NCBI RefSeq assembly: GCF_009914755.1
Contig: NC_060930.1
Direction: 5' to 3' (one strand)
DNA length: 64,000 nucleotides
Source of the DNA: the human T2T-CHM13v2.0 reference genome, Homo sapiens
Part shown: positions 13,086-26,440 of the stretch, in pieces
How positions within the stretch are numbered: position 1 is the stretch's first letter
Layout: every line of letters starts with the position of its first letter
Position numbers and translations under genes: made by a program
The notes under the pieces: generated by a model
What the model saw: the letters and a program-made list of their open reading frames with translations, nothing else
Database searches by the model: none
What the model was told of the DNA's origin: nothing

Positions 13086-16000
13086 TTAAGTTCACAGAAT
13101 CAGAAGTGATCAGTAACGGCAGGTCCTTAGAATATATTCCTTCCCTGGCAATGCAGAACAGCCATAGAGGAGGAGACTTGGGCAGGTAGGATGGTGGCAA
13201 ACTGTGTGGGGTGTTCCAGGCCACGCTAAGGGGTAGGGACTTGGTACCTCAGGTGGGTAGGAAGCATTACAGAATTTTAAACAGAATAACAGGTCAGATT
13301 TGAATTTTACCAAGAAGAACCAGCAGAAGAAGAGGGCAAATAAATTGCCTGTTTAGAGTGGGAGGGAGTTAGGCCTAAATAGGTTCCTGGACTTTCTCCA
13401 TCATTAAGATCTTTTGTCTCCTGACATACTGCATGTAGTGCCAATAAACAAACCCTCAATACAGTGCAAAAGACAACAATGTCAAAACCCCCTACATGAT
13501 CAGGGAAATAAAATTGCACCAAGATTTACAGAGATCTGGGAGACAACTCACATTAACACAAAATATGATATTTTAAACTTAATGTGACCATATATCATGT
13601 GAATAAAAGCTATAATATGTCCTAGAACCATCTACATAAGACAGCAGGAGCAAGAAAGTGCCTAATCTGCAAGTCATTGCAAAGATAAAAGAGTTTTTAA
13701 AGCAGAAAAAATTTTTTTGATGTTTTGAAGAAAACATAAAACATTTAAGAACAAAAGATTTTAATCATTGCTTTACTGAAAGCATATTTATCTAAAACCC
13801 TGAAAAATATACTTTGATATGATCTACTTCCCAAGAGAACTTTCAAAATAAAATACATACCATTTTTTTCAAGGTTAGTTTTTAGGTAGAAACCTGGTGG
13901 AGCTCAAAAAAACAGTGAAACGATTTCCTGAATTTTCTCTCAGCCTAAGATTCTATAATGAACAGCAACACAAATTCACAATAAATTAAAATTTCCTAGT
14001 TATTTTTAATGTACCATGAGCATAAACTTTTAGAAAACTTAAAATATCCAAATGATATTGATGTTTAATACTTAAACATATACACAAGAAAATGCATGCC
14101 CCTTTAATAGAGGCAAAGAAAAATGAAGAATGTGAAAATAAAGGAACATACATAAGGAAAATAAAATTATGCCCCTTAGCTTTAAAATGATCCATTAATC
14201 AGTGATAATAACAATGGTAATAACAGCTTCTACAGACTGGATTATAATCAAGTGGACATTAAGAATATTAGTAACATCAACTATCTAAAGCTCAAAATAT
14301 GGCTGCTGGAATTAGATAAATTCAGGTGACATTCTCTGACTGGCAGGCCACAAATCCTACAAAACTAGCTTTAGCACTTTAATATTATTACGTACATAGT
14401 ATGATTTGAGCCATAAAAGTATAATTTTATTCCAAAAGTTTGTACAGTGTTACCAATAGTGCAGTTGGTGACTGTACTCTTTTTTAACCTCTTTGTAGAA
14501 ATGTGACTGTATTCTTGGGAGTAGTTATTTTCAGGTTACAATTGTAGCTGGTCTGCCAAGTGGATCAATCAAGTGGTTGGATATCCTGACATCTCATGTT
14601 TCCCAAGATCCCATCTTGCTGGTTTCCCTCTAGGGTCTCAACGCCCTCATGAGATCTAGGCTGACACCTAGCACTACCTTACCAGTGCAGGGAGAACAGG
14701 GCGAACCATCCAGAGACCTCCGGAGAGCCACTCTGTTTCAAATCATCTGAAAATCGAAAGGCTTGAGTTTGAAAGTTTGGCCAACTGATTTCATTCACAT
14801 ATGAGATGAATTTATTTCTAAAATACATAAATTCCAAACACAAGGACTATTTGGCTGTTTCTGAGACTATTCACAACAAAATAAATTTTATTATTATTGC
14901 TGGATATTAGGGCCCATTAATCTTAACAAGAGCATAATAAAAAATTACATACATTCACACAAATTTTATAGAAAAACTGCTAATCTGGTAAAATGTAAAT
15001 TGGAGAATTTTATTATAAAGAAATGAGGCATTATTTGGTTTCAAATAACCACAACAAATAGCTAAGAACATGTGACCTTAAATTAAGAAAAAACATTGCT
15101 ATAATTAGCAGATATCATGTGTCCTGGTGCTAGTATTAAAAGCCATTAATGAGTCTTACTGTTTAAACTGTCCTCTATATCTTATTTCTATAATTAATTT
15201 GACAAGAACCTTTTTTATTTAAAAAAAAAAAAAGAATAAGCATTAGTCCCAGACTATCAAATAATCATGAATCACAAAGTACATGAAACCCCAAATACAA
15301 ATGAGGTTCATTGATCAGGTAATTTTCATGTTTCATAGCACTCTAACAGGTTTATCTAATCCAACGTCCTCATTTTGCAGATGAGGAAACTGGACCCCAG
15401 GAAATTAATGTAACATGTTCCCAGATAATAAGACTAGCCAGTAAGCAGATCTTAACTCTGTTCCCCTGCTCCTACAGAGGTGCTCCCAATACAGATAAAT
15501 CAACATATTCCAAGGTACCTTCCTGGGAAATATGTTTACAATTAGTTGATTTGGGGCACATACATGCTCTTTTGAAAACCTTTGGTCTTGTTTTCTATTT
15601 AATGAGCACAAAGTTGTCCTTACCACTCACATAAAACAGATAACTGCGGGAGAAATAAGAAGAACACTGGGTTTGACATTAATGGTCAACATGAAATCCA
15701 TGTGCAGTTACTTAAGGAAGCGTCTTTTTCCATACAACTCAGTCACAGGGCATGCTACCTAAGAGTTACAGGTAAGCAAAGCCTTGAGTCATTTACTAAG
15801 GATTTCTCTGCATTACTGAAGAGGCATGCATATGCCAGGCACACAGGTGTGACATGAAAAGGTTTTTGGGTAAGCCTTGCTTAAATGAGGCAAAGGCTAA
15901 GTCAAGTCCACTGTTTCTCAGAGAGAAAAAGAGAAAGGGAATTCATTTCCTCGGCACCTGCAGAGTATGTGAATCACAGTCTTGAAACAAAAAGGTTTGA

Positions 16001-17029
16001 AACACTAAACTAGATAATTTGCTAGTTTGCTAATAAGAGCAATCTGGAAAAGGGGGTAGAAAGTCTATAAAACCAATTTAAAAGACCTTGTCGAGCATTA
16101 ACTATTACATATGTTACATCCTTTAACTCTCTTGACAAGTTTGGAAAATAGGCCTTATTAGAAGGCTGTATTAGAAGAACCTGAGGTAGTACAAACACAA
16201 CTTCCCAGCTACTAAGTCAAGAAGCTGGATTTCAAACCCAGGTCCCCATTCTCCTGCTCCTGCCTCCAGGGCCTGCCGATGGTCAGGGTTAGGGAGAGTG
16301 AGTGCTGCCCTTTTAGTTCTCAGTTCCATGACTGTAAAAGGGACTGACACAGAAGATACAGTTCCTGAACAGAAAAAATGGGGGCAACAGATAAAAGATT
16401 TTTCATATTATCATCCTGTTCCAATGAAACACAAATAACAGCCAATAATGAACCAGCATATCCTTTACTGTAAGCAGAACCCGGAAATACTGTTACACTG
16501 ATTTAACATGTTCCAACTGTAACTTCTAGGAATCCCTATTGTTGTCTAGGAATGCATGTTTCAGAAACTTCTTCTGAGAATTCAACCAACGCCTAAAATA
16601 GATTGAGAGAAGGAAAACACTCTTGGTTCAACTACAATGTAAACTGAGATCCCCTGAACCTTTCAGGATAAAGTGGGCCTGTCACCGAGTACATGCAATA
16701 ACTTCAACCCTTAGGTAATTCAAGCAAAGATGAGGTTCCCTCCTCTGCAAATTTAAAGTCACCTCATTTCTTACTCAAGACAGTCACTCTGAGGATCCTC
16801 CATTTGTAACCTCTCACTTATGCCAGAGTAACTCTGTGCCATCTCATCTACCTGGGACACTGACAGAAATCAGGAAGCAAGCAAGAGAGGTTGGTAGAAG
16901 GCCAAAACAAACATGTCAACGTTTATTCAATTCAACCCAGCAAAAATTGATTGAGAGCATACTATTTATGAGGGACAGTGCCTGATGCTGAGGAGGATGA
17001 TGATGATGATAAGAACAGTAATTATAGCA

Positions 17030-17250
17030 GTAGCTAATACATACTGAATGCTTGCCACGTGCCAGGCACTGTCATAAACACTTAAACTCACTCCATTCTC
17101 CTAGCAACCATATGAGGTAGGTCCTACTGTTAGCCACATTTTTGCAATAAAAGAATTGAGGCACAGAATGGTTAAGTAACTTGCCCAGAGTCACACTGCT
17201 AGTAAATGGCAGGTGCAAACCTAGCTGCTCTGGCTTCTGAGTCTGTACTA
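17030..17250. mobile_element. MIR
   Basis: gtgccaggcactg...gaggcacaga..ggttaagtaacttgcccagagtcacac..ctagtaaatggcag. Confidence 0.8.
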
Positions 17251-18014
17251 CTAGACAGACTCAGAAGGGACTACCCTGTACTGCACTCTCAAAAGAGTAG
17301 GGATAAAGGATACAGGGGACAACAAGATTATCTGCACTCCGAGAGCCTACAGTTTAATTGTGAAGACAGGCAAATAAACCTTAGACGAACACCTAAACCA
17401 ACCCAGGGTTGAGAGAAGGCTCATAACAGTACCTGTCCCGTCAGCTGAATTCTGAAGTTCAGGTAGGAGCCAACGAGGGGGAGACAGAGTGTGGGGTGCA
17501 TTCCTCCAGGAAAGGAAGTCACTTTCATAAGGCCCCAGGGTGAAAAAATATCATGAAAAGGCTGTGGGGCTGCACATTGATCACCAGAGCTGTGTACAGA
17601 ATGCCAGTCAATAATGGCATGTTTTTTTGGGGGAGGAGGAATAGGTTGGGGAAAGAGATATGAAATGTGAGGGTGGAGAGGTAAATAGAGGTAAACTCAT
17701 AAAGGTCCTAATGTAGCATGTTTCTGGAATTTATATTGGAGAAATGGGGGGCCATGGAGGGGTTTGACCAGCAGAGCCTGATGCATTTGAGAACAATTAC
17801 TTAGCTGTGCTAAAATAGATCAGATGAGAGGACAAAACTACAGGGAGGCTCAATGGATGAGGAGTTGGCAACAAGTGTAATTAGGTGAACAAACAGTAGC
17901 CTCAACTAAGGTAGAGGCACTGGGATGGAGGAAAGTGGACTTATGTAAGACATGCTATGAAGAAAGTAGCAAAAGAACTTGGCAACTGATATGGGGGGAA
18001 CCCCTTAGAGCAAG

Positions 18015-18218
18015 CTGACCCACGTTAGAGCATATGGCCCAAAGGCTTTGAATGTGGCCCAACACAAATACGTAAACTTTCTTAAGACATGAGATTTTTT
18101 TGGCAATTTTTTAAAAACTCATCAGCAATTGTTAGTGTTAGTGTATTTTATGTGTAGCCCAAGACAGTTCTTCATCTTCCAGTGTGGCTCAGGGAAGCCG
18201 AAGGCTTGGACTCCCCTG
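18015..18218 (-). mobile_element. MER30 (hAT-Charlie MITE) within L2-like sequence
   Basis: Reverse-complement similarity to the copy at 42772-42970; ends ...ttggactcccctg. Confidence 0.8.
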
Positions 18219-19151
18219 CCTCCAGAGGGAGGAACTTCTGGCAACACCAGGTTTCTACCTTGAGGACACAGGTAGAAGTACAGCATTACTGAGATAAGGA
18301 ACACTGGAAGAGAAGCAGGTTTCAGACAGGAAGGATCCGTTCACTTATAAGTCTTAGGAACATGGCTCAGGAAACCCATCTAATAAAGAACTCTAAATTC
18401 TTTAAATAGTATTAACAATAATTAGGATTTAATCTGTCTCTCCAGCTGATGAATGACTCGTGGCTGAAATTTTAGGAGGAAGGGTTTGTGCCCAAGAAAC
18501 AAGAAGGCTGACATGAGGGACAAAAGAAAAAGAAATTAAAAAGCCTTAGGGACTGTAAAAAAACCCAAAAACAACAACAACAACGAAAAAACCAACAAAG
18601 AGTCCTTCCCATCTCAACAGGGCAATCACAGCACATGGCAAGAATAAATGACAAAATTAACCTAATCATTGACAAAAGGTTAATTTGTGCTCTGTATGCT
18701 CTGTTTTAATAAGCAGGAGAAATAGGAAATGGATTTTAGAAAGGCACTGATAAAAACAGTTCAAATAAAAAGTTTTTGTGCAAAAGCTTGTTATGTGGAA
18801 AAAATCACTGAATGTGGAAAATGTCACTCAGCATCGTGTTGGATGAAATGTGACAGGTCCCATGTTTCTTTTCAGGAGGGAGGTGCTTCAGTGATCAGCA
18901 CAGGTTTTCGGCCAAGATAAGCACTCCTCTCTCAAAGCCAGCATCCTAGTGCTCCCCTTTATGTCCCTAAGAGCTAATCACTCTGCGATTGCTAGCAAGT
19001 TTTGTGGCTAATTTTGTTCAAAGTGACATTAAGCTGGCTCTCACTTTAAGGCCATATACTACTCCATTGGCAATTACTTGAAAAATTCTGATAGAAAAAG
19101 AGATAACCATTGCCAGGCACAGAATTAATCAGTGTTAAATATATTCCTTAC

Positions 19152-19242
19152 CTGTCTTTTATTATGACTTCACCGCAGGATTGGCAATAAAACGTGCAAC
19201 ATTCTTGGGTTTGCGAGCTTTGATTAAACATTGAAATCAGTT
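19152..19242 (-). CDS. UBE3D: UBE3D coding exon 3 (KLISMFNQSSQTQECCTFYCQSCGEVIIKDR)
   Basis: ttcctttag| acceptor, AG|GTAAGG donor, 91 nt, translated by hand (absent from ORF track); contains CxxC; phases fit. Confidence 0.95.
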
Positions 19243-19659
19243 CTAAAGGAAGTCAATGAAATAGCTAATCTTAGAGATTGAAACAAATATATTAACATAC
19301 TTAAACAGTTCAATAGCCACGATAAATTACCATCCATAAACAGTTTATGATCCACCCAGAAGTACACATTTAATTAATACTATCTGATGACTCAAGCAGA
19401 AGCAAATATTGTGAAGTGTTTTTGAAAACAACAGATTTTGCTAAGTGTTCCAGAGACAGGTACTGCTCTAGATTACGCATGTAGCATTTGTTAGTTCTCT
19501 CATTCTAAAAATACCAACATTAAGGATGAGTGAAAAAGAACTATTTCCTTCTCATCAAGCTAACTACACAGATCTCCAACATTCTCAGCTTCCCTCTGCT
19601 GTGTCTCACAATAGTGTTTCATCAGTGTGAACAAATAGAGCTCTTAAATTTGAGTTTAA

Positions 19660-19952
19660 TTTTTTTTTTTTTTGAGATGGAGTCTTGTTCTGTCACCCAG
19701 GCTGGAGTGCAGTGGCGCAACCTGGGCTCACTGCAATCTCTGCCTCCTGGGTTCAAGCAATTCTCTGCCTCAGCCTCCCGCGTAGCTGGGATTACAGGCG
19801 CCCATCACCATGCCTGGCTAATTTTTGTATTTTTAGTAGAGACGGGGTTTCACCATCTTGGCCAGTCTGGTCTTGCATTCCTGACCTCGTAATCCCCTTG
19901 CCTCGGCCTCCCAAAGTGCTGGGATTACAGGCGTGAGCCACCGTGCCCAGCC
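19660..19952 (-). mobile_element. Alu (AluS-like)
   Basis: Full antisense dimer; TSD tttgagtttaatttt. Confidence 0.94.
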
Positions 19953-20550
19953 AACTTTGAGTTTAATTTTATTTAAATAAGGTTTATGTCCAGTCTAGCA
20001 TATAACCATATGAACAAACAAAGATCTCAAACTAATGTTTATTGGACACCTCCCTGGGAATGAAATGGCTCCAAAAAGAGTCCAGTTTTCCCAGATCAAA
20101 AATCAATTTCTAATGAAAGCTATGGTAAAACGTTGAAAGCTGTGGGGAAAAATGTATATTTCTCACACTATGGGAAAGAGCAGCATAAGGCCGCATGTTC
20201 CCTTAGTTTCTATTATTTCTTTTATGAAATAAGGAAACTTTCATTTAAAAGAATGAACTAAAATATGTCTATAAAAATCTAATTAAAGAAATGAGGTCAT
20301 ATCCATCAGAATCAAGCAATGTGGATTTGGTTTGTGTTTTTCTGTATGTATTTTAAGATTTTAAAAAACTGATGCTAGAAGGTTTACGCCTTGGCAATTA
20401 AAAATCTTAACAGTTTTTAAGGGGTGGCCAGAAATCCCTATAGCACTAAGGTGCAATAAACAGTATTATTCTTTAACTTTGAGCAGATTAAAAGGAGACC
20501 TAGGAATCCAAAATATTTTTTCCAGACCCACAAACAAATTTTCAGTGAAA

Positions 20551-20569
20551 CACTACCCTCTGCTGGCCA
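20551..20569 (-). promoter_or_regulatory. Candidate intronic CTCF motif
   Basis: Minus strand TGGCCAGCAGAGGGTAGTG, next to a locally CpG-retaining non-repeat patch. Confidence 0.5.
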
Positions 20570-22129
20570 CCCAGCATGATGCACTGGGTCGGGTTTAAAA
20601 TTCAGTTTCTGATATAGAGGAATCCTGGGAGAGCGTTGCTGCGGGGGATCAATCTAATGCGTGTGCTCTAATAGATCCTACTGTAGCTAGTTCCACACCG
20701 AGGGTCACAGTTTGACACTCAAAATAGCAGTATACCAGTATGATGTTTACTATAGTTGTCCTTAAAAGGGTGTTCTTAGCATTGAAAAGTCATCTTTTTA
20801 AAAAACCCTGAAACACAAACTGAAGGCTAAAACTTTCAAGTCACTTCCTACAAAACAGTTTGATTCAAGTTCACACCAGTACATATCTATTCATATTTAT
20901 TCATTCCACAAATATTTATACACCATCTATTATATGGAAAGCACTCAGGCAATTAAGTGCTGAGGAATCTGTTTTGCATACTCTTTCATGCACTATGGAA
21001 CAGGACTTTGATAATTTTCCTTTTCAGATATTTGAGCAAAATATATTAAAAGTGTAAAGAAATAGGAGACCAGTGAACACAAACAATATGCAAATCAGCA
21101 CATAGCAGTCAATTTATTTTGTCCTATAGTTTAAACAATGTTTGCAGATTTAAATTTTTAAAAATAATTCCAGTTTTGATATTTGTATATTCAGTTACAG
21201 AATACAGAATATGGATGGGCAAAAACCCAATACTATGTCCCTGGTGGTCTCTATTCCTCCATCTCTAAAATCACAATCCCAGAAAACACTCCACTGTGGC
21301 TTTCATGCTTGCCTTTCCCAAATCTCAGAACCCAACACAAAATTCCTGCTGTGGTTACTCTTGTGAAAGAGGTAACTGTTGTGAAGGAGAAGGTGATGAC
21401 AACACAACATCCAGCCTCCCATGGCCTCTTCCCTGAAACAACACTTTCTCTGCCCATTATTAGGTGCAATCAGGGAGTCTACTTCCCAGCTCGGTGACCC
21501 TAACCTTCTTGCTATGGTTATTCCAACAGTCATTCCTAGTATTTATCCTACAACATTTAAGTGCCATGACATCTCTTTTCCCTACCCTTTGTTCCTAAAA
21601 CTAACCCTGCCCAACTCAAACTAGTTATTCACTAACCCAGGACTTGAGCAAAAATTGCTCTCCAGTAAAAAAGAAATGAAACCCTCTCTATCTTCTCTTT
21701 CCTCACAAAAGCCAAGAGCACAGACTCAGGGGAATACTCAACATCTCCTAAATGGCTCTTCCAAACACTCCTCCTGACCCCATCTCCAGGATCCACACAG
21801 CGCAGATGAAAGGTTTATTACAGATGAGGCAGCAGCGAAGTGTCAGTGTGCAGCTGAAAGAATTACAATCTTTCTCTGATAATAAACATCACATAAGTCT
21901 TTTACAGCCTATTTCCCCCTTTGACATAATTTTAATCCCCCAAAGCATATATTACGTACATTGTAATAGATGTAATGAACCAATAATTTTATACAATAAA
22001 TAACCCTGAGGTCTTAGAAAAAGCAAATTTTCCACTGCCTTACCGAATCATTATACCAGTTACAAAATGTTGTAAATATAACAGGCATAGTAAAAGTTAA
22101 AATCAAATTAAGTATCAAACTCAACTGTA

Positions 22130-22465
22130 GGACCTTTTGTGTACTGTTTTCTCTATTTGGAACAGTCCCCACATGGATAGGATTTCCTTATTCAGGACTC
22201 AGGTCAAACATTACCTCCTCAGAGTGGCCTTCACTGATCATCCTTCAGCCAACCCTAGTCACTCCCTATCCCATTATTCTGTTTTATATTATCATAACAC
22301 TTTTCTTAATATTTAAATTGTTTGCTCATTATCTGCTCCCACCAATTAGAATGTAAGCTCCATGAGAGCAGACACCTCCCCTACCTTGTTCACTTCTGTA
22401 TCCCCAGAACCTAGATTGATGCCTAGCACATAGCACAAACCAAAATATTTGTTGAATGAATAAAT
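22130..22465. mobile_element. L2 3' end fragment
   Basis: tagaatgtaagctccatgag...gcctagcacatag...atatttgttgaatgaat. Confidence 0.75.
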
Positions 22466-22830
22466 TTCCATGTAATGCTTTAAAATCAATCAGGTCTTAT
22501 ACAACTGCCATCTGATTTAATCTTCCCATCTGTGAGCCAGAAAATTTTACAATTAAAGAAACAAGGCAGTGGGTAAATGGGAAATCTCTATACTTTCTGC
22601 TCAATTTTGCTGTGGGTGGAAAAGAAAGAAGGAAGGGAGGGAGGGAAGAAGCCTCAGAAAGGTTAAGTAACATGTTCAATTGCATACAGCCAATAACTGG
22701 CAGAGCTGACAAAGACCCTAGAGCTTCTCAACCCCTTCACCTGGGAAAAGTTCAACTTATCAAAGGAAAAATCACCTTTGGTTTATAACAAAAAGGTAAA
22801 TACAGCAGCAGAAGTGCTAATATTACTCAC

Positions 22831-23027
22831 TTGTGCCTAATTTTGCTTGCGTCTGCAGTCGCAGGTGCAGTCCATCTCCAACAACAAACTGTAGCCCACG
22901 GCAAGAGGAAGGTACAAGCCTGACCTCTGCTGGAAGCTGGATTTCTGTGCAGCCTTCAGGGGTTTTCATCTGGAGTGAAGATGGCATTATGGAAATATTC
23001 ATGGGCATACCTCCTTCTTTCGGTTCT
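22831..23027 (-). CDS. UBE3D: UBE3D coding exon 2 (EPKEGGMPMNIS...LQTQAKLGT)
   Basis: ttttaattaccag| acceptor, A|GTGAGT donor, 197 nt; inside ORF-track ORF 22823..23044; phase consistent with exons 1 and 3. Confidence 0.96.
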
Positions 23028-23656
23028 CTGGTAATTAAAAACAAAACCCAAACAAATTATTTCTCACAATGAAAACCACATGATGAAAGAAACAAAAATG
23101 GCCAAGGATCTCTTTCTTCCTCTTCAATAGGAGCTCTAAAGTCACTGCCCCAGAAAAACAGCAGCAAGCAGATCATAAAGGAAAGCAACCTACACTAGAT
23201 TTAGATCTGATCAGAGTGCCCTTCACCATCACCATAATATGCAAGTCCTGGGACAGATTTTTGGTTCTTCCTTCTGAGAAGAGCACTAAAATAATGTTTT
23301 ATAGTAAATCAGAGCAAAGTACTGTTATTTCATATACAAGATTTTAATAAAGAGACCAAGATTCAGTGAAACAATGATACAAGACAAAAACCTGTCAATT
23401 TTAAGAATAAAAAGAATTAATGAAGAAAACGATACAGTGATGTATGAATATCAGGTGTGAAAGGACTTACTAATCCAATTCAGAGCAAACACAAATTACT
23501 CAGTATAGGCAATAAAGAGTAAAACACAGTCCCTGTCAAAAGCCCCCAGGCATCAAAAGTATAGAGGGGATAAAGGCATCTATGGAAATGACCCTCCTCT
23601 GAAACTGCAATACGCTTAGCAATGCAACAGAGGTACAAAGTACCATGGCTCCCTCT

Positions 23657-23767
23657 TAAGTGCAGACAGCAGGTCATCCACATGGTGTCAACTAAGTGCA
23701 GACAGCAAGCCATTTGCTTGAGTGTCATCTGAGTACAGAGGGTAGACCATGTGCTCAGGTGTGGATC
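23657..23767. repeat. Degenerate ~36-37 bp tandem repeat, 3 units
   Basis: Units begin taagtgcagacagca (23657, 23693) and tgagtacagagggta (23730), each with cat...gtgt further in. Confidence 0.65.
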
Positions 23768-23969
23768 TTGGTTAGGCCTTAGAAATCTGCCTTAGAAAAT
23801 CTTATAGCTACTTTCTGGCTAGTTCCTTTTCAAAGCATATGGATCTGCACTTAGTTAGCAATACAGAATATTAAGCATCTGAGTTTTTTGCAGGGATGAC
23901 AGTTTCAAACCTGAGTCAAAAGTTCAATTTCAAGAAATGGTGTTTAAGAAATAATGATCCTCTAAAACA

Positions 23970-24497
23970 AGAGTCAGCAACTTTATTTCTGTGAAAGACC
24001 AGATAGTAAATATTTTAGGCTTTATGAGCCATGTATGGTCTCAAAGTAGAATACATATTATACTTTTTATTTTTTAAAAAACAACCCTTAAAAAATGTAA
24101 AATCAGCAGGTCGAGGTGGCTCACTCCTCTAATCCTAGCACTTTGGGAGGCTGAGGTGGGAGGATGGTTTGAGCCAAGAAGTTTGAGACCAGCCTGGGCA
24201 ACAAAGCAAGGCTCTGGCTCTACAAAAAAATAAAAAATAAAAAATCAGCTGGGTATAGTGGCACGCACCTGTAGTCCTAGCCACTCAGGAGGCTGAGATG
24301 GGGAGGATCACTTAAGCCCAGGAGGCTGCAGTGAGCCATGATCACGCCAATGCATGTCAGCCTGGGCGACAGATCAAGAACCTGTCTAAAAGAAAAAAAG
24401 ATACAGAAGAAAAATCCAACTCTTAGCTCACAGGCTGTACCAAAACAGGCTGCAGGTAGGATTTGGCCAATGGGCCATAGTTCTCTGACCACTGCTC
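23970..24497. mobile_element. MER58-like hAT element interrupted by an AluJ (+, ~24105-24400)
   Basis: gtcagcaac...ccagatagtaaatattttaggc start and ggatttggcc..gggccatagtt..ctgacc end flank an Alu. Confidence 0.75.
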
Positions 24498-24666
24498 TAA
24501 AGATAACACAATGTCCATTTGCTACCTCAATGACTTTCAAACTAGACTGTGTAGAGTTGACACTTCCAAGTGCCGCAAGAGATACCACTGGGTTCCTAAG
24601 TCCCCATTGCCACCCCATCTCTGGTTTATCACATTTCTTCCCAGTCCCAAAAACTTTAGTCATTTT

Positions 24667-24850
24667 ATAGGGCCAAGCAAGAGAAGCATCATTGCAAGGG
24701 TGGTGACACAGTGGCCCAGCACGGATTTGAGAAACTAAGCAGACTGTGGAGGGCATCCATAGGGCCAAGCAAGGGAGGCATCAGTGCAAGGGTGGTGACA
24801 CAGTGGCCCAGCATGGATATGAGAAACCAAGCAGGCTGTGGAGGGCATCC
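24667..24850. repeat. Tandem duplication, 2 x 92 bp
   Basis: Units start at 24667 and 24759; 7 substitutions, no indels by my alignment. Confidence 0.92.
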
Positions 24851-24948
24851 ACCAGGAGGACCACTCAGCAGGGGTGTCAAATCCCAAGACAGGTGAGGAG
24901 GAAATCTGAACAGGAGGTGAGGCCAGCTCAGGATGGGGTTTCAGAGCC

Positions 24949-25197
24949 TGTCTTAGCTCAGCTGCTATAACAAAATACTATAGATGGGTGGCTTAAACAA
25001 CAGACATGGCAGAGTAAGGAAGTTCAGTGCCTCTTCCTCTTCATATAAGGACACTAATCTCATCAGGGGGGCCCCGCCCTCAAGAACTCATCTAAATCTA
25101 ACTACCTCCCAAAGCCCCATCTCCTAACACCATCACTTTGGGGGTTAGGGCTTCAACATGTACATTTTGAGGGGACACAAACATTCAGTCCATAACA
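24949..25197. mobile_element. MaLR solo LTR (MLT1A/MST-like), internally deleted
   Basis: tgtcttag...ctgctataacaaaatac...ggggacacaaacattcagtccataaca. Confidence 0.75.
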
Positions 25198-25259
25198 GGG
25201 TCCAAGCAGGTGAGGAGAGTGTCAACAATGAGCAGGGGGAGGTGGCAAAGGATGCCAGC

Positions 25260-26440
25260 AGACTATTAATTACATAGAGGGAGACTGACAAAATAAATAA
25301 ATGCCACTAGGACAATGAGGGCCATGATTCTCACTGTGGGAGAATGGAGTTACAAAAAGAGAAAGCGAGGAAACTAGAATAGACCCTATGGTGGTGGGGC
25401 AGAATTAGAAATACCTGTGTGAAGTCATGGTTTTCAATGTTTACAAATAGATACAGTAATATAGATGGTTGTAAATGCATGTATGTACATAGGTATGTAG
25501 GCACAACCATACATAGACATCATATATAAGTCATACACACATACCCTAGTTCTGGGAGAAGCGACATCCAACAGTGATGAGTACACTTAGTGCCCAGATC
25601 TTGGTTTGTAAAGGCCATTTTCTGCTTTAAAAAACGAAATGAACAAACCAGAAACAAAGTTCCTCAGTAAAATGACTACATCCAGGGCTGTAACAGGGAA
25701 AGAATGAAATATGCCTGGAACATGTTGCTGGAACATGAAGAAATCAAAGAATGACAGGTACCTACCAAAAAAGACGCAGAAACCATCCAGAAAGGACTTC
25801 CTTGGCCACATCTGGTATAATATGAACAAAAAAGTAGCCCATTGAATAAAATAAAAAATAAAACCCACTGAGTAACCCACAGTAAGAATCATGTATCCTT
25901 ACTGACACACAAATGAATAAAATGAAACTCTGATGAGGAACAGGGTATTTACATAATCTCAGAATACCTCTCCAATTACTGATTATGAAGAGAAAAAGAG
26001 TAACTTTAAGGTAGAGAAGCATGGCAGACACTATCTTACTTTAAGTGCTCAAAGTTAACATAACCAATTTGATGGAACAAAGCAAAATCATGTGCCACCT
26101 GACAGGAAGCCTCACTTCTGTTATATTCCTGCCAAAGATGCAAAATCTGAATCTTGTCTTGAAGAAACATAAGACAAATCCAAATGGAAGGATATTCTAC
26201 AAAATGATTGTACTATCATCTTGCAAAGTGTCAGGACCATGAAAGTCAATGGAAAATGAGGAACTCTTCTAGATTGAAACAGACAGAGGAAGCATGACAG
26301 TGAAATGCAATGCCTTATTCTGAACTGGATTCTTCTGTTATTAGGGATATTATGTAGACAACTGGTAAAACATGAATGATGTAAGATGGTAGCAACACAT
26401 TTCCCAATTGTGAGTGTTGGATGATGGTTCTTTAGGAGAA
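25260..26440 (+). mobile_element. Old L1 (L1MD/MC-like) 3' region
   Basis: A-rich sense sequence with ttcctgccaaagatgca..atctgaatct and aatgcaatg...ctgaactggat motifs. Confidence 0.6.

Noticed and set aside
23657-23707. 15-bp direct repeats with a 21-nt spacer, superficially CRISPR-like
   Set aside because: Eukaryotic intron, only two exact copies, the spacers are homologous to each other, and no cas genes; it is a decayed minisatellite.
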